Of a DNA stretch of 64,000 bases, positions 27,741-36,496 are shown piece by piece (positions within the stretch are counted from its first letter, which is position 1; every line of letters begins with the position of its first letter). This DNA comes from Thermodesulfobacteriota bacterium (GTDB lineage: Bacteria; Desulfobacterota; Desulfobacteria; Desulfobacterales; SURF-7). Both the position numbers and the translations under genes were made by a program. Location of the stretch: NCBI GenBank assembly GCA_049320885.1, contig JBMORA010000028.1:32001-96000 (forward strand). Reading direction: 5' to 3'. The notes beneath the pieces are model-generated. The model searched no databases. It saw only the letters and a program-made list of their open reading frames with translations, and was not told the origin of the DNA.

Positions 27741-28676
27741 ATGAGCAAGGTCATGAGCACCAAGGAGGCGGTTTCCCGGTTTATCGGCAACGGCGCCTTC
27801 CTGTATATCGGCGGCTACGTATGCCGCCCGCCTTTTGCCGTCATCCATGAGATCATCCGTCAGGGGATCAGGGACCTGACCATCACCCGCAGCAATGCCG
27901 CGGATGATTTCGATCTGCTCATCGGCGCGGGCGCGGTGAGGCGTTTCATCGGCACCTTTCTGTCCCTGGGACTGTACGGGCTCGGAAGGTGTTATCGCCG
28001 CGCCATGGAAAAAGGCATCCCCCACCCTCTTGAAGTCGAGGAATACACCAATCTTTCCCTGCCCATGATGCTCATGGCCGGCGCTCTCGGCATGCCCTTC
28101 GTGCCGGTGAAAGACATGCTGGGGTCCGATTTGCTCAACGTGCGGTCATTCCTGGGCGACAATAAATACAAGCTGATCTCCTCTCCCTTTGACGGCAGTC
28201 CGGTGCTGCTGGTGCCGGCGCTGAAACCGGACGTGGCCGTCATTCATGTCCAGCAGGCGGACGAGGACGGCAACGCCCAGATGTGGGGCATCGGCGGGGA
28301 CTGCCAGCAGGGCGCCAACGCGGCCGGAAAGGTGATCGTGAGCTGCGAGCGCATCGTATCCCGCGAGACCATCGGCAAGGATCCGTCACGGACCATCGTG
28401 CCGGCCATGAAAGTCGCCGCCGTGGTGGAAGAGCCCTTCGGAGCCCATCCCGGTTACACGCCGGGTTTCTATGATGTGGATTTTTCATTCGGATACGTCT
28501 ATCAGCAGGCCTCCAACACCGTGGAAGGCGTCAACGCTTTTTTGCAGGAATGGGTCCACGGCGTTCCGGACCGGACGGCCTATGTCCAGCATTACATCCA
28601 GAAATTCGGCTTCGGCGCTTTTCGGAAACTCCAGGCTGACTTCGATTACGCCTTTCCGGTGAGTTATGCCTATTGA
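27741..28676 (+). CDS. Family-I CoA-transferase alpha subunit (glutaconate CoA-transferase A-like)
   Basis: HEIIRQG, DLLIGAG, AGALGMPF, PALKPDVAVIHVQQADEDGNAQ, PFGAHP. Confidence 0.9.
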   Translation: MSKVMSTKEAVSRFIGNGAFLYIGGYVCRPPFAVIHEIIRQGIRDLTITRSNAADDFDLLIGAGAVRRFIGTFLSLGLYGLGRCYRRAMEKGIPHPLEVEEYTNLSLPMMLMAGALGMPFVPVKDMLGSDLLNVRSFLGDNKYKLISSPFDGSPVLLVPALKPDVAVIHVQQADEDGNAQMWGIGGDCQQGANAAGKVIVSCERIVSRETIGKDPSRTIVPAMKVAAVVEEPFGAHPGYTPGFYDVDFSFGYVYQQASNTVEGVNAFLQEWVHGVPDRTAYVQHYIQKFGFGAFRKLQADFDYAFPVSYAY

Positions 28677-28736
28677 TGTGTTGACGCGGCAACACCTTTT
28701 GAAAATGCACCCATTGACCAACAGGGAGACGAATCT

Positions 28737-29537
28737 ATGACAACCCATCCGGCCGGTTACATCAAACCGGAACTCATGGCTTGTTGCGGCGCCCGGGAAA
28801 TCCAGGATCACGACGTGGTCATCGTCGGCACCGGCTTTCCCACCATGAGCGCCAATATCGCCAAACACCTGCATGCCGTCCATGCGGTCATGATGCAGGA
28901 ATCCGGCGTCATCGATGCAAGACCCAGGCGCCCCGCCCTTTCCGTGGGCGATCCCTGCCTGAATCCGGGAGCCGCCATGATCGGCGGCCTGGTCGACATC
29001 ATGGGCATGTGCCTCCAGGCCGGCATGGTGGACGTGGGATTTTTGTCCGGCAGTCAGGTGGACCAATTCGGCAATATCAACACCACCGCCATCGGCAGGT
29101 ACAACCAGCCCAAAAGCCGCCTTCCCGGCAGCGGCGGCGCCAACCCCATCGGCTCCCTGGCGAAACGCACCCTCATCATCACCCTGCACGACAAGCGCCG
29201 GCTGGCAAACAAAGTGGATTTCATCACCACCCCGGGCTATATCGACGGTCCCGGTGCCCGGGAAAAATGGGGCCTGCCCAAGGGGACCGGACCCCATTGC
29301 ATCATCACCAACAAGGCGATTTTGCGTTTCGACCCTTCCACCGGCACGGCTTACCTGGCTTCCTACCATCCCGGATGCTCGGTGAAGGAAATTCAGGATA
29401 ATACCCCCTGGGATCTGAAGGTGGCCGATGATGTTCATGAGACCGAACCGCCCCGGACGGAGGAACTGAGAGTGATCCGGGAAGTGCTCGACCCCCATCG
29501 CATGATCCGGATTTATGAACAGCGCGGATACGTATAA
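28737..29537 (+). CDS. Family-I CoA-transferase beta subunit (GctB-like)
   Basis: VIVGTGFP, catalytic-position QESG, GFLSGSQVDQFGNINTT, RLPGSGGA, VDFITTPG. Confidence 0.9.
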   Translation: MTTHPAGYIKPELMACCGAREIQDHDVVIVGTGFPTMSANIAKHLHAVHAVMMQESGVIDARPRRPALSVGDPCLNPGAAMIGGLVDIMGMCLQAGMVDVGFLSGSQVDQFGNINTTAIGRYNQPKSRLPGSGGANPIGSLAKRTLIITLHDKRRLANKVDFITTPGYIDGPGAREKWGLPKGTGPHCIITNKAILRFDPSTGTAYLASYHPGCSVKEIQDNTPWDLKVADDVHETEPPRTEELRVIREVLDPHRMIRIYEQRGYV

Positions 29538-29573
29538 ACGGATACATATAAACAGAATATCGCGGAGGAACGC

Positions 29574-30941
29574 ATGGAACATACCCGCAACCTGGCAACA
29601 TTTTGCGCGGAACTTACCTTTTCGAGCCTGCCGGCCGATGTCGTCCACAAGGCCAAACTGTGCCTGCTGGATTATGTGGCCAACATTTACGGCTCCCTGG
29701 AATTGTCGGCGGTGAGTCAGGTGATCGACCACGTCCGCTCCCTGGGGGACGGCAACGCCGCCACCGCCCTCGGTTGCGGCTTCAAGACCAACCTGCTGCA
29801 AGCGGCGTTCATCAACGGCACCCTGGCCGAAGCCATCGAGGCCCAGGACGGGGTCCGGTTCGGCGGGAATCATCCGGGAGCGGCGGTGATCCCCGCCGCC
29901 ATGGGCATCGCCGAGCAGCTGCATCTGGACGGCAAGGCCATGATCGGCGCCATCGTGGCGGGTTATGAAGCCGCCAACCGGCCGGCGGCCGCCATGCACC
30001 CCTGGCACACCCTCTCCGGATTTCTTCCCACCGGCACCTGCGGGGCCTTCGGCGCGGCGGCGGCGGCCGGATATTTATATGGATTCGGCCCGGAAAAAAT
30101 GCTGCATGCCATCGGCAACGCCGGCTATCTGCTGCCCTTGTCCATGGCGGAACATCTGATGGCCGGCTGCACCATCAAAATCGTTCAAGGCGGTCAGGCG
30201 GCCTCCGCCGGTATCCTGGCCGCCGGTCTGGCCGGCAACGGCCTGACCGGCTCGACCCAGGTATTGGAGGGATCGGCCCTGAAAGGCGGATTCACCCAGA
30301 TCACCACCCGGGCCGAACCCAAGGTTGAAAAAATCAGCGACAACCTCGGAAAGTCCTTCTCCATCATGGACGTGTATTTCAAACCCTATACCGCCTGCCG
30401 CCATACCCACGGCGCAGCCCAGGCTGTCCTGGGGCTTTTGGAGGAAACGCCCATCGCTGCGGACATGGTGGAGCGGATCGATGTATATACTTACGGCATC
30501 GCCCAGCTGGCGGTGGGCAAAAGCGTGGACGCAGGCAGCTCTTTCGTTTCCGCCCAGTTCTCCATTCCCTATGTGGTGGCCGCCTGTCTTCTGGACCGCG
30601 CCCTGGGTCCCGGGCAGCTTACCGAAAAGCGCATGACGGACCCGGCGATCATGGACCTTTCGAAAACCGTCCGGGTCCATACGGACGACGAGCTGAACCG
30701 GCGCTACCCGGATGTTACCGCCTCGCGGGTGGCCGTGACGATGAAAGACGGCCGCTGTTGTGAACGGCAGATCGACATCCCCAAGGGCGATCCGCGGGAT
30801 CCCATGACGGCCGGCGATATTGCGGAAAAGGTCCGTTTTTTCGCCGGGAATCGAAATCCGGATACGATCGATGAAGTCATCCGGATGATTTTGAAACTGG
30901 AAACCGTGACGGATATGGCCGACATCGCCACCCGGATTTAA
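29574..30941 (+). CDS. MmgE/PrpD family protein
   Basis: AAFINGT, HPGAAVIPAA, GYE, KPYTACRHTH, AQFSIPY, PKGDPRDPM. Confidence 0.9.
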   Translation: MEHTRNLATFCAELTFSSLPADVVHKAKLCLLDYVANIYGSLELSAVSQVIDHVRSLGDGNAATALGCGFKTNLLQAAFINGTLAEAIEAQDGVRFGGNHPGAAVIPAAMGIAEQLHLDGKAMIGAIVAGYEAANRPAAAMHPWHTLSGFLPTGTCGAFGAAAAAGYLYGFGPEKMLHAIGNAGYLLPLSMAEHLMAGCTIKIVQGGQAASAGILAAGLAGNGLTGSTQVLEGSALKGGFTQITTRAEPKVEKISDNLGKSFSIMDVYFKPYTACRHTHGAAQAVLGLLEETPIAADMVERIDVYTYGIAQLAVGKSVDAGSSFVSAQFSIPYVVAACLLDRALGPGQLTEKRMTDPAIMDLSKTVRVHTDDELNRRYPDVTASRVAVTMKDGRCCERQIDIPKGDPRDPMTAGDIAEKVRFFAGNRNPDTIDEVIRMILKLETVTDMADIATRI

Positions 30942-31041
30942 CGGCGTCTTCTTCCCTCCGCCGGATTCGCACAGAGGCATACCGGACGAAGGCACATCGG
31001 ACGGCAAAAGCATTGCTTAATTATCAAGGTAAGGAGGATTT

Positions 31042-32202
31042 GTGGATTTTAGCCTGAGCAAAGAGCAGACCATGCTGATCCAATCCCTGCGGGACATGGG
31101 GAAACGGGAAAAATTCGATGAACTGGCCGCCCGGATCGACGCCACCGCGGAATTTCCCCATCACCTACTAGGAAAATACGCGGACCTGGGCCTTCTGGGC
31201 ATGGTGTTGCCCACCGAATTCGGCGGCGAAGGGGAAACCTCCCTCACCGCCATCCTGGCCATCGAGGAACTGGCCAAATTCAGCCCCATGATCGCGGCAC
31301 CGGTGTTCGAATCCAATGTGGGGCCGGTGCGGGTGATCGCCATGTTCGGCACGGACGAGCAGAAACGCCGGATTCTTCCGGGTGTCTGCAAGGGCGAACA
31401 CAGCGTTTCGGTCTGCATGACCGAGCCGGAATCGGGTTCGGACTTGACCGCCCTGTCCACCCATTTGAAAGAGGACGGGGATGGATATGTGCTGAACGGC
31501 AGAAAGGTGTTTATCACCGGCGGCGGCGAGGCCAGTCATTATATGGTCTACGCCCGCTTCGGGGACATCTCCGGCTACAAAGGCATCGGAGCGGTGATCG
31601 TGGAGAAGGGCGCACCCGGCTTCACCTTCGGCAAGCAGGAAACTTATATGGGGTTGCGCGGCATGCCGTCCTGCGATCTGTTTTTCGACGACGTCCGGAT
31701 ACCCCGGGAAAATGTGGTGATCCGCAGCGGTGAATTCGGCAATCTGATGCTGACCTTCGATATCGAACGATGCGGCAATGCGGCCATGTGCCTGGGCGTT
31801 GCCGGCGGCGCCATGGAGGCCGCCAGAAAATACGCCCTGGAAAGGACCGCGTTCAACCGCCCGATCTGCGAATTCCAGGATATCCAGTTCATGCTGGCGG
31901 ACATGGCCATGAAGCTCGATGCGGCCCGTCTCCTGGTCTATCGCGCGGCCAGCAACGCCGGCCAGGGTCTCCCGTCCGTCTACGAAGCTTCGATGGCCAA
32001 ATGTTTCGCCAATGAAATGGTCAAGGAGGTCACGGACAACGCCATGCAGATATTCGGCGGTTACGGGTACAGCACCGAATTCCCGATAGAACGGATGCTG
32101 CGGGACAGCCGGGCCTGGGGGATCGCCGGCGGCAGCCTGCAGATGCTGCGGATCACCATGGCCAGCGTCCTTTTCGGCCGTCGCTTCGATCAACGCAAAT
32201 AG
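31042..32202 (+). CDS. Acyl-CoA dehydrogenase family protein
   Basis: TEPESGSD, LNGRKVFIT, GLRG, QIFGGYGY, RDSR. GTG start follows AAGGAGG. Confidence 0.92.
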   Translation: MDFSLSKEQTMLIQSLRDMGKREKFDELAARIDATAEFPHHLLGKYADLGLLGMVLPTEFGGEGETSLTAILAIEELAKFSPMIAAPVFESNVGPVRVIAMFGTDEQKRRILPGVCKGEHSVSVCMTEPESGSDLTALSTHLKEDGDGYVLNGRKVFITGGGEASHYMVYARFGDISGYKGIGAVIVEKGAPGFTFGKQETYMGLRGMPSCDLFFDDVRIPRENVVIRSGEFGNLMLTFDIERCGNAAMCLGVAGGAMEAARKYALERTAFNRPICEFQDIQFMLADMAMKLDAARLLVYRAASNAGQGLPSVYEASMAKCFANEMVKEVTDNAMQIFGGYGYSTEFPIERMLRDSRAWGIAGGSLQMLRITMASVLFGRRFDQRK

Positions 32203-32276
32203 CGCGGGAAGCGCAACGGAAAGGGAACAATCCACCAAAAAACACCGCCCGTCCGAAAAACGGGGAGGAGGAAAAG

Positions 32277-32714
32277 ATGAGCGAATACTACCGGGATGCG
32301 GATCATTTGTATGAAATTTACGGGTATTTCATGGACAAGGTGCTGCGGGACGAAAAGATCGGCCCCAAAATGGCCAAATCCAACATCATCATCCGTTTCA
32401 TCTACACGGATCCGGACTCGGAAATCACCATCGATTTCCGCAACAAGCCCGTCAAGGATGGGTATTACGGCAATTTCTACCTAGGCCCGACGGAATTGAA
32501 GGAGGATGTGTGGTCCAAGCAGAGCGCCGATCATTCCCACCGCTTCTGGCATGGCTATGAAAACCCCATCGCCGCCGTGGCCAAGGGGAAGGTGAAACAG
32601 GGAGGCAAGGTGACGGCCATGCTGAAATTGCTGCCGGTGGTCAAGCCGACCTTTCAGAAATTTCCGGAAGTCCTGCGGGAAATGGGGTACGAAAACCTGG
32701 TGGTGCAGAGATAA
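32277..32714 (+). CDS. SCP2 (sterol carrier protein-2)-like protein
   Basis: 145 aa. IRFIYTDPDSEITID...SADHSHRFWHG...AVAKGKVKQGG...MLKL resembles the SCP2 fold C-terminus. GGAGG RBS. Confidence 0.65.
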   Translation: MSEYYRDADHLYEIYGYFMDKVLRDEKIGPKMAKSNIIIRFIYTDPDSEITIDFRNKPVKDGYYGNFYLGPTELKEDVWSKQSADHSHRFWHGYENPIAAVAKGKVKQGGKVTAMLKLLPVVKPTFQKFPEVLREMGYENLVVQR

Positions 32715-32731
32715 CGCAACGGGAGAACAGG

Positions 32732-34159
32732 ATGAACATACGGGACAGCGTTTACATGGACGGAAAATGGAGAAAACCGTCGGGGAACGAATGGCTGGAG
32801 GTGGAAAATCCCTGCACGGAAACGGTCGTCGGCCGGGTGGCCATGGGAAACACCGCGGATGTGGACACGGCCGTAACGGCTGCGGGAAGGGCTTTTGAAT
32901 CCTGGTCGACCACCTCCGTCGAGGAACGGGAAGACTTTCTACTCAGGATCGCCGAAGCCCTTGCCGAAAGGCAGGACGAGATCGGCGATACCATCGCCGG
33001 GGAAATGGGCATGCCGGTGACATGGGCCCGCATGCTCCAGGCGGGATTGCCCATTGCCGCATTCAACAGTTTCGCCCGCATCATCAAGGACTACCCCTTC
33101 GCATACGGCGCCGACAGCACCCACATCCGCCGGGAGCCCATCGGTGTATGCGGCTTCATCACGCCCTGGAATTACCCGCTGCACCAGATCGCCGGGAAAG
33201 TGGCCCCGGCCATCGCCGCCGGCTGCACCATGGTGCTGAAACCCAGCCAGCTGGCGCCGCTGAATGCCTTCCTGCTGGCGGAAATCATGGAGGCGGTGGG
33301 CCTGCCGCCGGGTGTCTTCAACCTGGTCTGCGGCAGCGGGAACGAAGTCGGCCAGGCCCTGGCGGCCCATGCCGGCGTCGACATGATCTCCCTCACCGGC
33401 TCCACCGCCTCCGGTGTCAAAGTGGCCCGGACGGCAGCCGGAACCGTCAAGCGGGTCACCCTGGAACTGGGCGGGAAATCGGCCAATATCCTCCTTCCGG
33501 ACGCCGACTTCGAAGTGGCGGTGCCCGAAGGCATCAACGCCTGCTTTCTGAATTCCGGCCAGACCTGTTCCGCCCTCACACGCATGCTGGTTCCCCGGGA
33601 TCGCCAGGCGGAGGCGATTGAAATGGCCGTGGCGGAAACCGAAACCCTGGTCATGGGGGACTCGTCCGACGAAGACGCCTTTCTCGGTCCCCTGGTGAGC
33701 CGGGATCAACGGGAATCCGTGCGGGAATACATCCGCAGGGGCATCGAGGAAGGCGCCAGGCTGGTCCTGGGCGGACCCGAGCCGCCCGCGGGATTCGTCA
33801 CGGGCTATTATGTCCGTCCAACCATCTTTGCGGACGTGAGGCCGGAAATGACCATCGCCCGGGAGGAAATATTCGGCCCCGTGCTGGCGATTATACCCTA
33901 CGATACCGAAGAGCAAGCCGTCCGGATCGCCAATGACAGCATCTATGGGCTATCCGGAGCCGTCTGGTCCACGGATCTCGACAAGGCCAGAAGCGTCGCC
34001 GCGAAATTGCGAACCGGCCAGGTCTTTCTCAACGGCGCGGGTTTCGACGTATATGCCCCCTTCGGCGGATACAGGCAATCCGGCAACGGGCGGGAGAGAA
34101 GCCGGTACGGCTTGGAGGAATTCCTGGAAATCAAGGCGATCATGGGATACAATCCCTAG
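32732..34159 (+). CDS. NAD(P)-dependent aldehyde dehydrogenase
   Basis: ITPWNYP, KPS, LTGST, LELGGKS, NSGQTC, EEIFGP, PFGGYRQSG. Confidence 0.95.
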   Translation: MNIRDSVYMDGKWRKPSGNEWLEVENPCTETVVGRVAMGNTADVDTAVTAAGRAFESWSTTSVEEREDFLLRIAEALAERQDEIGDTIAGEMGMPVTWARMLQAGLPIAAFNSFARIIKDYPFAYGADSTHIRREPIGVCGFITPWNYPLHQIAGKVAPAIAAGCTMVLKPSQLAPLNAFLLAEIMEAVGLPPGVFNLVCGSGNEVGQALAAHAGVDMISLTGSTASGVKVARTAAGTVKRVTLELGGKSANILLPDADFEVAVPEGINACFLNSGQTCSALTRMLVPRDRQAEAIEMAVAETETLVMGDSSDEDAFLGPLVSRDQRESVREYIRRGIEEGARLVLGGPEPPAGFVTGYYVRPTIFADVRPEMTIAREEIFGPVLAIIPYDTEEQAVRIANDSIYGLSGAVWSTDLDKARSVAAKLRTGQVFLNGAGFDVYAPFGGYRQSGNGRERSRYGLEEFLEIKAIMGYNP

Positions 34160-34413
34160 CGCCGGTCCGCCATGAGGAAACGGCTGCCCGGCATTTCGCC
34201 GGTTTCAGCCGTTTTCCCCATCATGCGCGACGCTGGTTTTTACCGGTGCTCGTTTTCGCCCTGACTTTCCGTTTTGGAATCAGGACTTTCCCTATGGACA
34301 AATATTTTCCGATCGGATAGAAATACCGGCACACATTCACTCGATCCTTTCGCAATAGACGTTCGTTTGACGTGCGATGAGCGCACTTCCCCAAAACCGA
34401 TGGAGGTGACCCT

Positions 34414-36303
34414 ATGGATGGGTTTGCCAAGGAGATCGTCGAGACGATTCAGAGCGCACTCCTGGTCCTGGACGCAGAGTTGCGGGTGCGCTATGCCAAC
34501 CGCTCCTTCTACCGGACCTTCCGATCGGCGCCGGAAACCACGATCGGGCGACCGCTTCCCGATCTCGAAGGCCGGCAATGGGATATCCCTGAACTGCACC
34601 GCCGGTTGGCTGATCTTTTCGGCCATGGGGAAACCTTTTCCGGGTTCACCGTGGAGTGCGACCTTCCGGAAGCCGGAAAACGGCTCATGCGTCTGGACGC
34701 CCGAAGGCTGGAACCGTCCAGGGATGCCTCCCGGCTCGTTTTGCTCGTCATCGATGATATCGGCGCGCTGATTGGCCTGGAGGGGGCATCGGGAAGCTAC
34801 CGCAACCAGAAGGCGGAATCCATGGGCGCCCTCGCCAGCGGCATCGCCCATGATTTCAACAATATCCTCACCGGTATCATGGGATATACCGAACTGGCCA
34901 TGTTAAACGCCGCCAACGAAGCCAAAGTGACGAAATACCTGAAAAACATCTACCAATCCAGCGAACGCGCAAAAAATTTGATCCGCCAGATCCTGACCTT
35001 CAGCCGCCATGGCGAAAAAGTCATTGAACCGGTAAGTATCGCGCCGCTGGTAAAGGAAGCGCTGAAACTGTTGCGGGCCTCCCTGCCGACCACCATCTCG
35101 CTTCAGCCCATGATCCGATCCCATTCCAGCGTCTTGGCGGATCTGGGTCAACTCCACCAGGTGATCATCAATCTGTGCACCAATGCGGTTCAGGCCATGC
35201 CGGAAGGTCGCGGCGTCCTGCGCGTGAGCGTGACGGATGTGGCCATCGGCGAGTCCGGAAACCATATTGCCGATCTGGCTCCGGGCAGCTATGTAAGGCT
35301 GTCCGTGGAAGACACCGGGCACGGGATTCCGGAAGAAATCCGGGACAGAATCTTCGAACCCTATTTCTCCACCAAACTGCGCCGGGAGGGAACCGGCCTG
35401 GGACTCTCCGTCGTGCACGGAATTGTGAAAAGTCACGGCGGCGCCATTTTCGTATCCAGCGAACCGGGCAAGGGCACCGTCTTCGATGTCTACCTGCCGA
35501 CGGTTTCGGTTCAAGCCGCCGCCGAGGAACGCGCCCTGCCCTTTGAGGGGATTCCCAGGGGAACGGAGAATATTCTGTTTGTGGATGATGAGCCCCAGAT
35601 CGTCCAGATGGTGAAAACCCTATTGAAACGGATGGGTTACCATGTGACGGCCCATACCGGCAGCATCGGGGCCTTGGAGGCGTTTCAAGCCAGCCCCGAC
35701 AAATTCGATCTGGTGATCACCGACATGACCATGCCCGGGCTCACCGGAGATCAACTCGCCAAGAAGATCCGGGAGCTCCGGCCCGACATCCCCATCGTCC
35801 TCTGCACCGGGTATAGTTCCCAAGCACTGGAAGACAATCTGGCGGAACTGGGCATTCGCGGGCTGATTCTGAAACCCATCACCATGCGGGCCCTGTCCAG
35901 AACCATCCGGCAGGTGCTGGATGAAAACCTGGAGGAACGCAGGCGCATCCGGCGATACAAAATCACCGAAGATGTGGTCGCCGTTTCCGCGGAGGACCCG
36001 TCGCTGCCCTACAAGGTTGTCGATATCAGCTGGGAGGGCCTCGGCCTGGTTTACAATGCCTCCCGGAAAAAACATCCGCGGGAACCCATTCATGAGTTCT
36101 CCCGGATCGCCATCAGCGCCGCCGGTGAGCAGCGACCCATGGAACCTTTTCCGTGCACCATTCTGTCCGATATGGAATGGATCGACGCTTCCTGTGCCTG
36201 GCCGGAAAAACGGAACCGCCGCAGCATCCGATTCGGGGACCTGACGGAAAGCCAGGCCGCTCGGCTGGAATATCTCATTCAACATTGCGCAACGCCCCTG
36301 TAG
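34414..36303 (+). CDS. PAS hybrid histidine kinase with receiver and C-terminal PilZ domain
   Basis: PAS, ASGIAHDFNN, GTGLGL, REC (FVDDE, ITDMTMP, KP), then ERRRIRRY...DISWEG (RxxxR and DxSxxG). Confidence 0.88.
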   Translation: MDGFAKEIVETIQSALLVLDAELRVRYANRSFYRTFRSAPETTIGRPLPDLEGRQWDIPELHRRLADLFGHGETFSGFTVECDLPEAGKRLMRLDARRLEPSRDASRLVLLVIDDIGALIGLEGASGSYRNQKAESMGALASGIAHDFNNILTGIMGYTELAMLNAANEAKVTKYLKNIYQSSERAKNLIRQILTFSRHGEKVIEPVSIAPLVKEALKLLRASLPTTISLQPMIRSHSSVLADLGQLHQVIINLCTNAVQAMPEGRGVLRVSVTDVAIGESGNHIADLAPGSYVRLSVEDTGHGIPEEIRDRIFEPYFSTKLRREGTGLGLSVVHGIVKSHGGAIFVSSEPGKGTVFDVYLPTVSVQAAAEERALPFEGIPRGTENILFVDDEPQIVQMVKTLLKRMGYHVTAHTGSIGALEAFQASPDKFDLVITDMTMPGLTGDQLAKKIRELRPDIPIVLCTGYSSQALEDNLAELGIRGLILKPITMRALSRTIRQVLDENLEERRRIRRYKITEDVVAVSAEDPSLPYKVVDISWEGLGLVYNASRKKHPREPIHEFSRIAISAAGEQRPMEPFPCTILSDMEWIDASCAWPEKRNRRSIRFGDLTESQAARLEYLIQHCATPL

Positions 36304-36496
36304 CCCTTCGGCTGGAATAACCTTGCCCGCCGGGCATATCGGAGGCCCCCTTGTTCCCGCCGCCCTGTTTCCTCGCCCCATTCTGCTTTCAGCCGCCGCC
36401 GGCGCCTTGATTCCGACCCGCAATCGTGGTATTCATATCCCGTTCTGTGGTTTTGTATCTTTTCCCCTCCACAACCGGTATATCAGAAAGCTGGCA

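Noticed and set aside
25943..27790. Long antisense ORFs (also 39669-41564, 41504-43522, 48653-50329, 59065-60789, 60980-62836, 1345-2583)
   Set aside because: Shadow frames opposite well-supported genes in GC-rich DNA, with no recognisable motifs.
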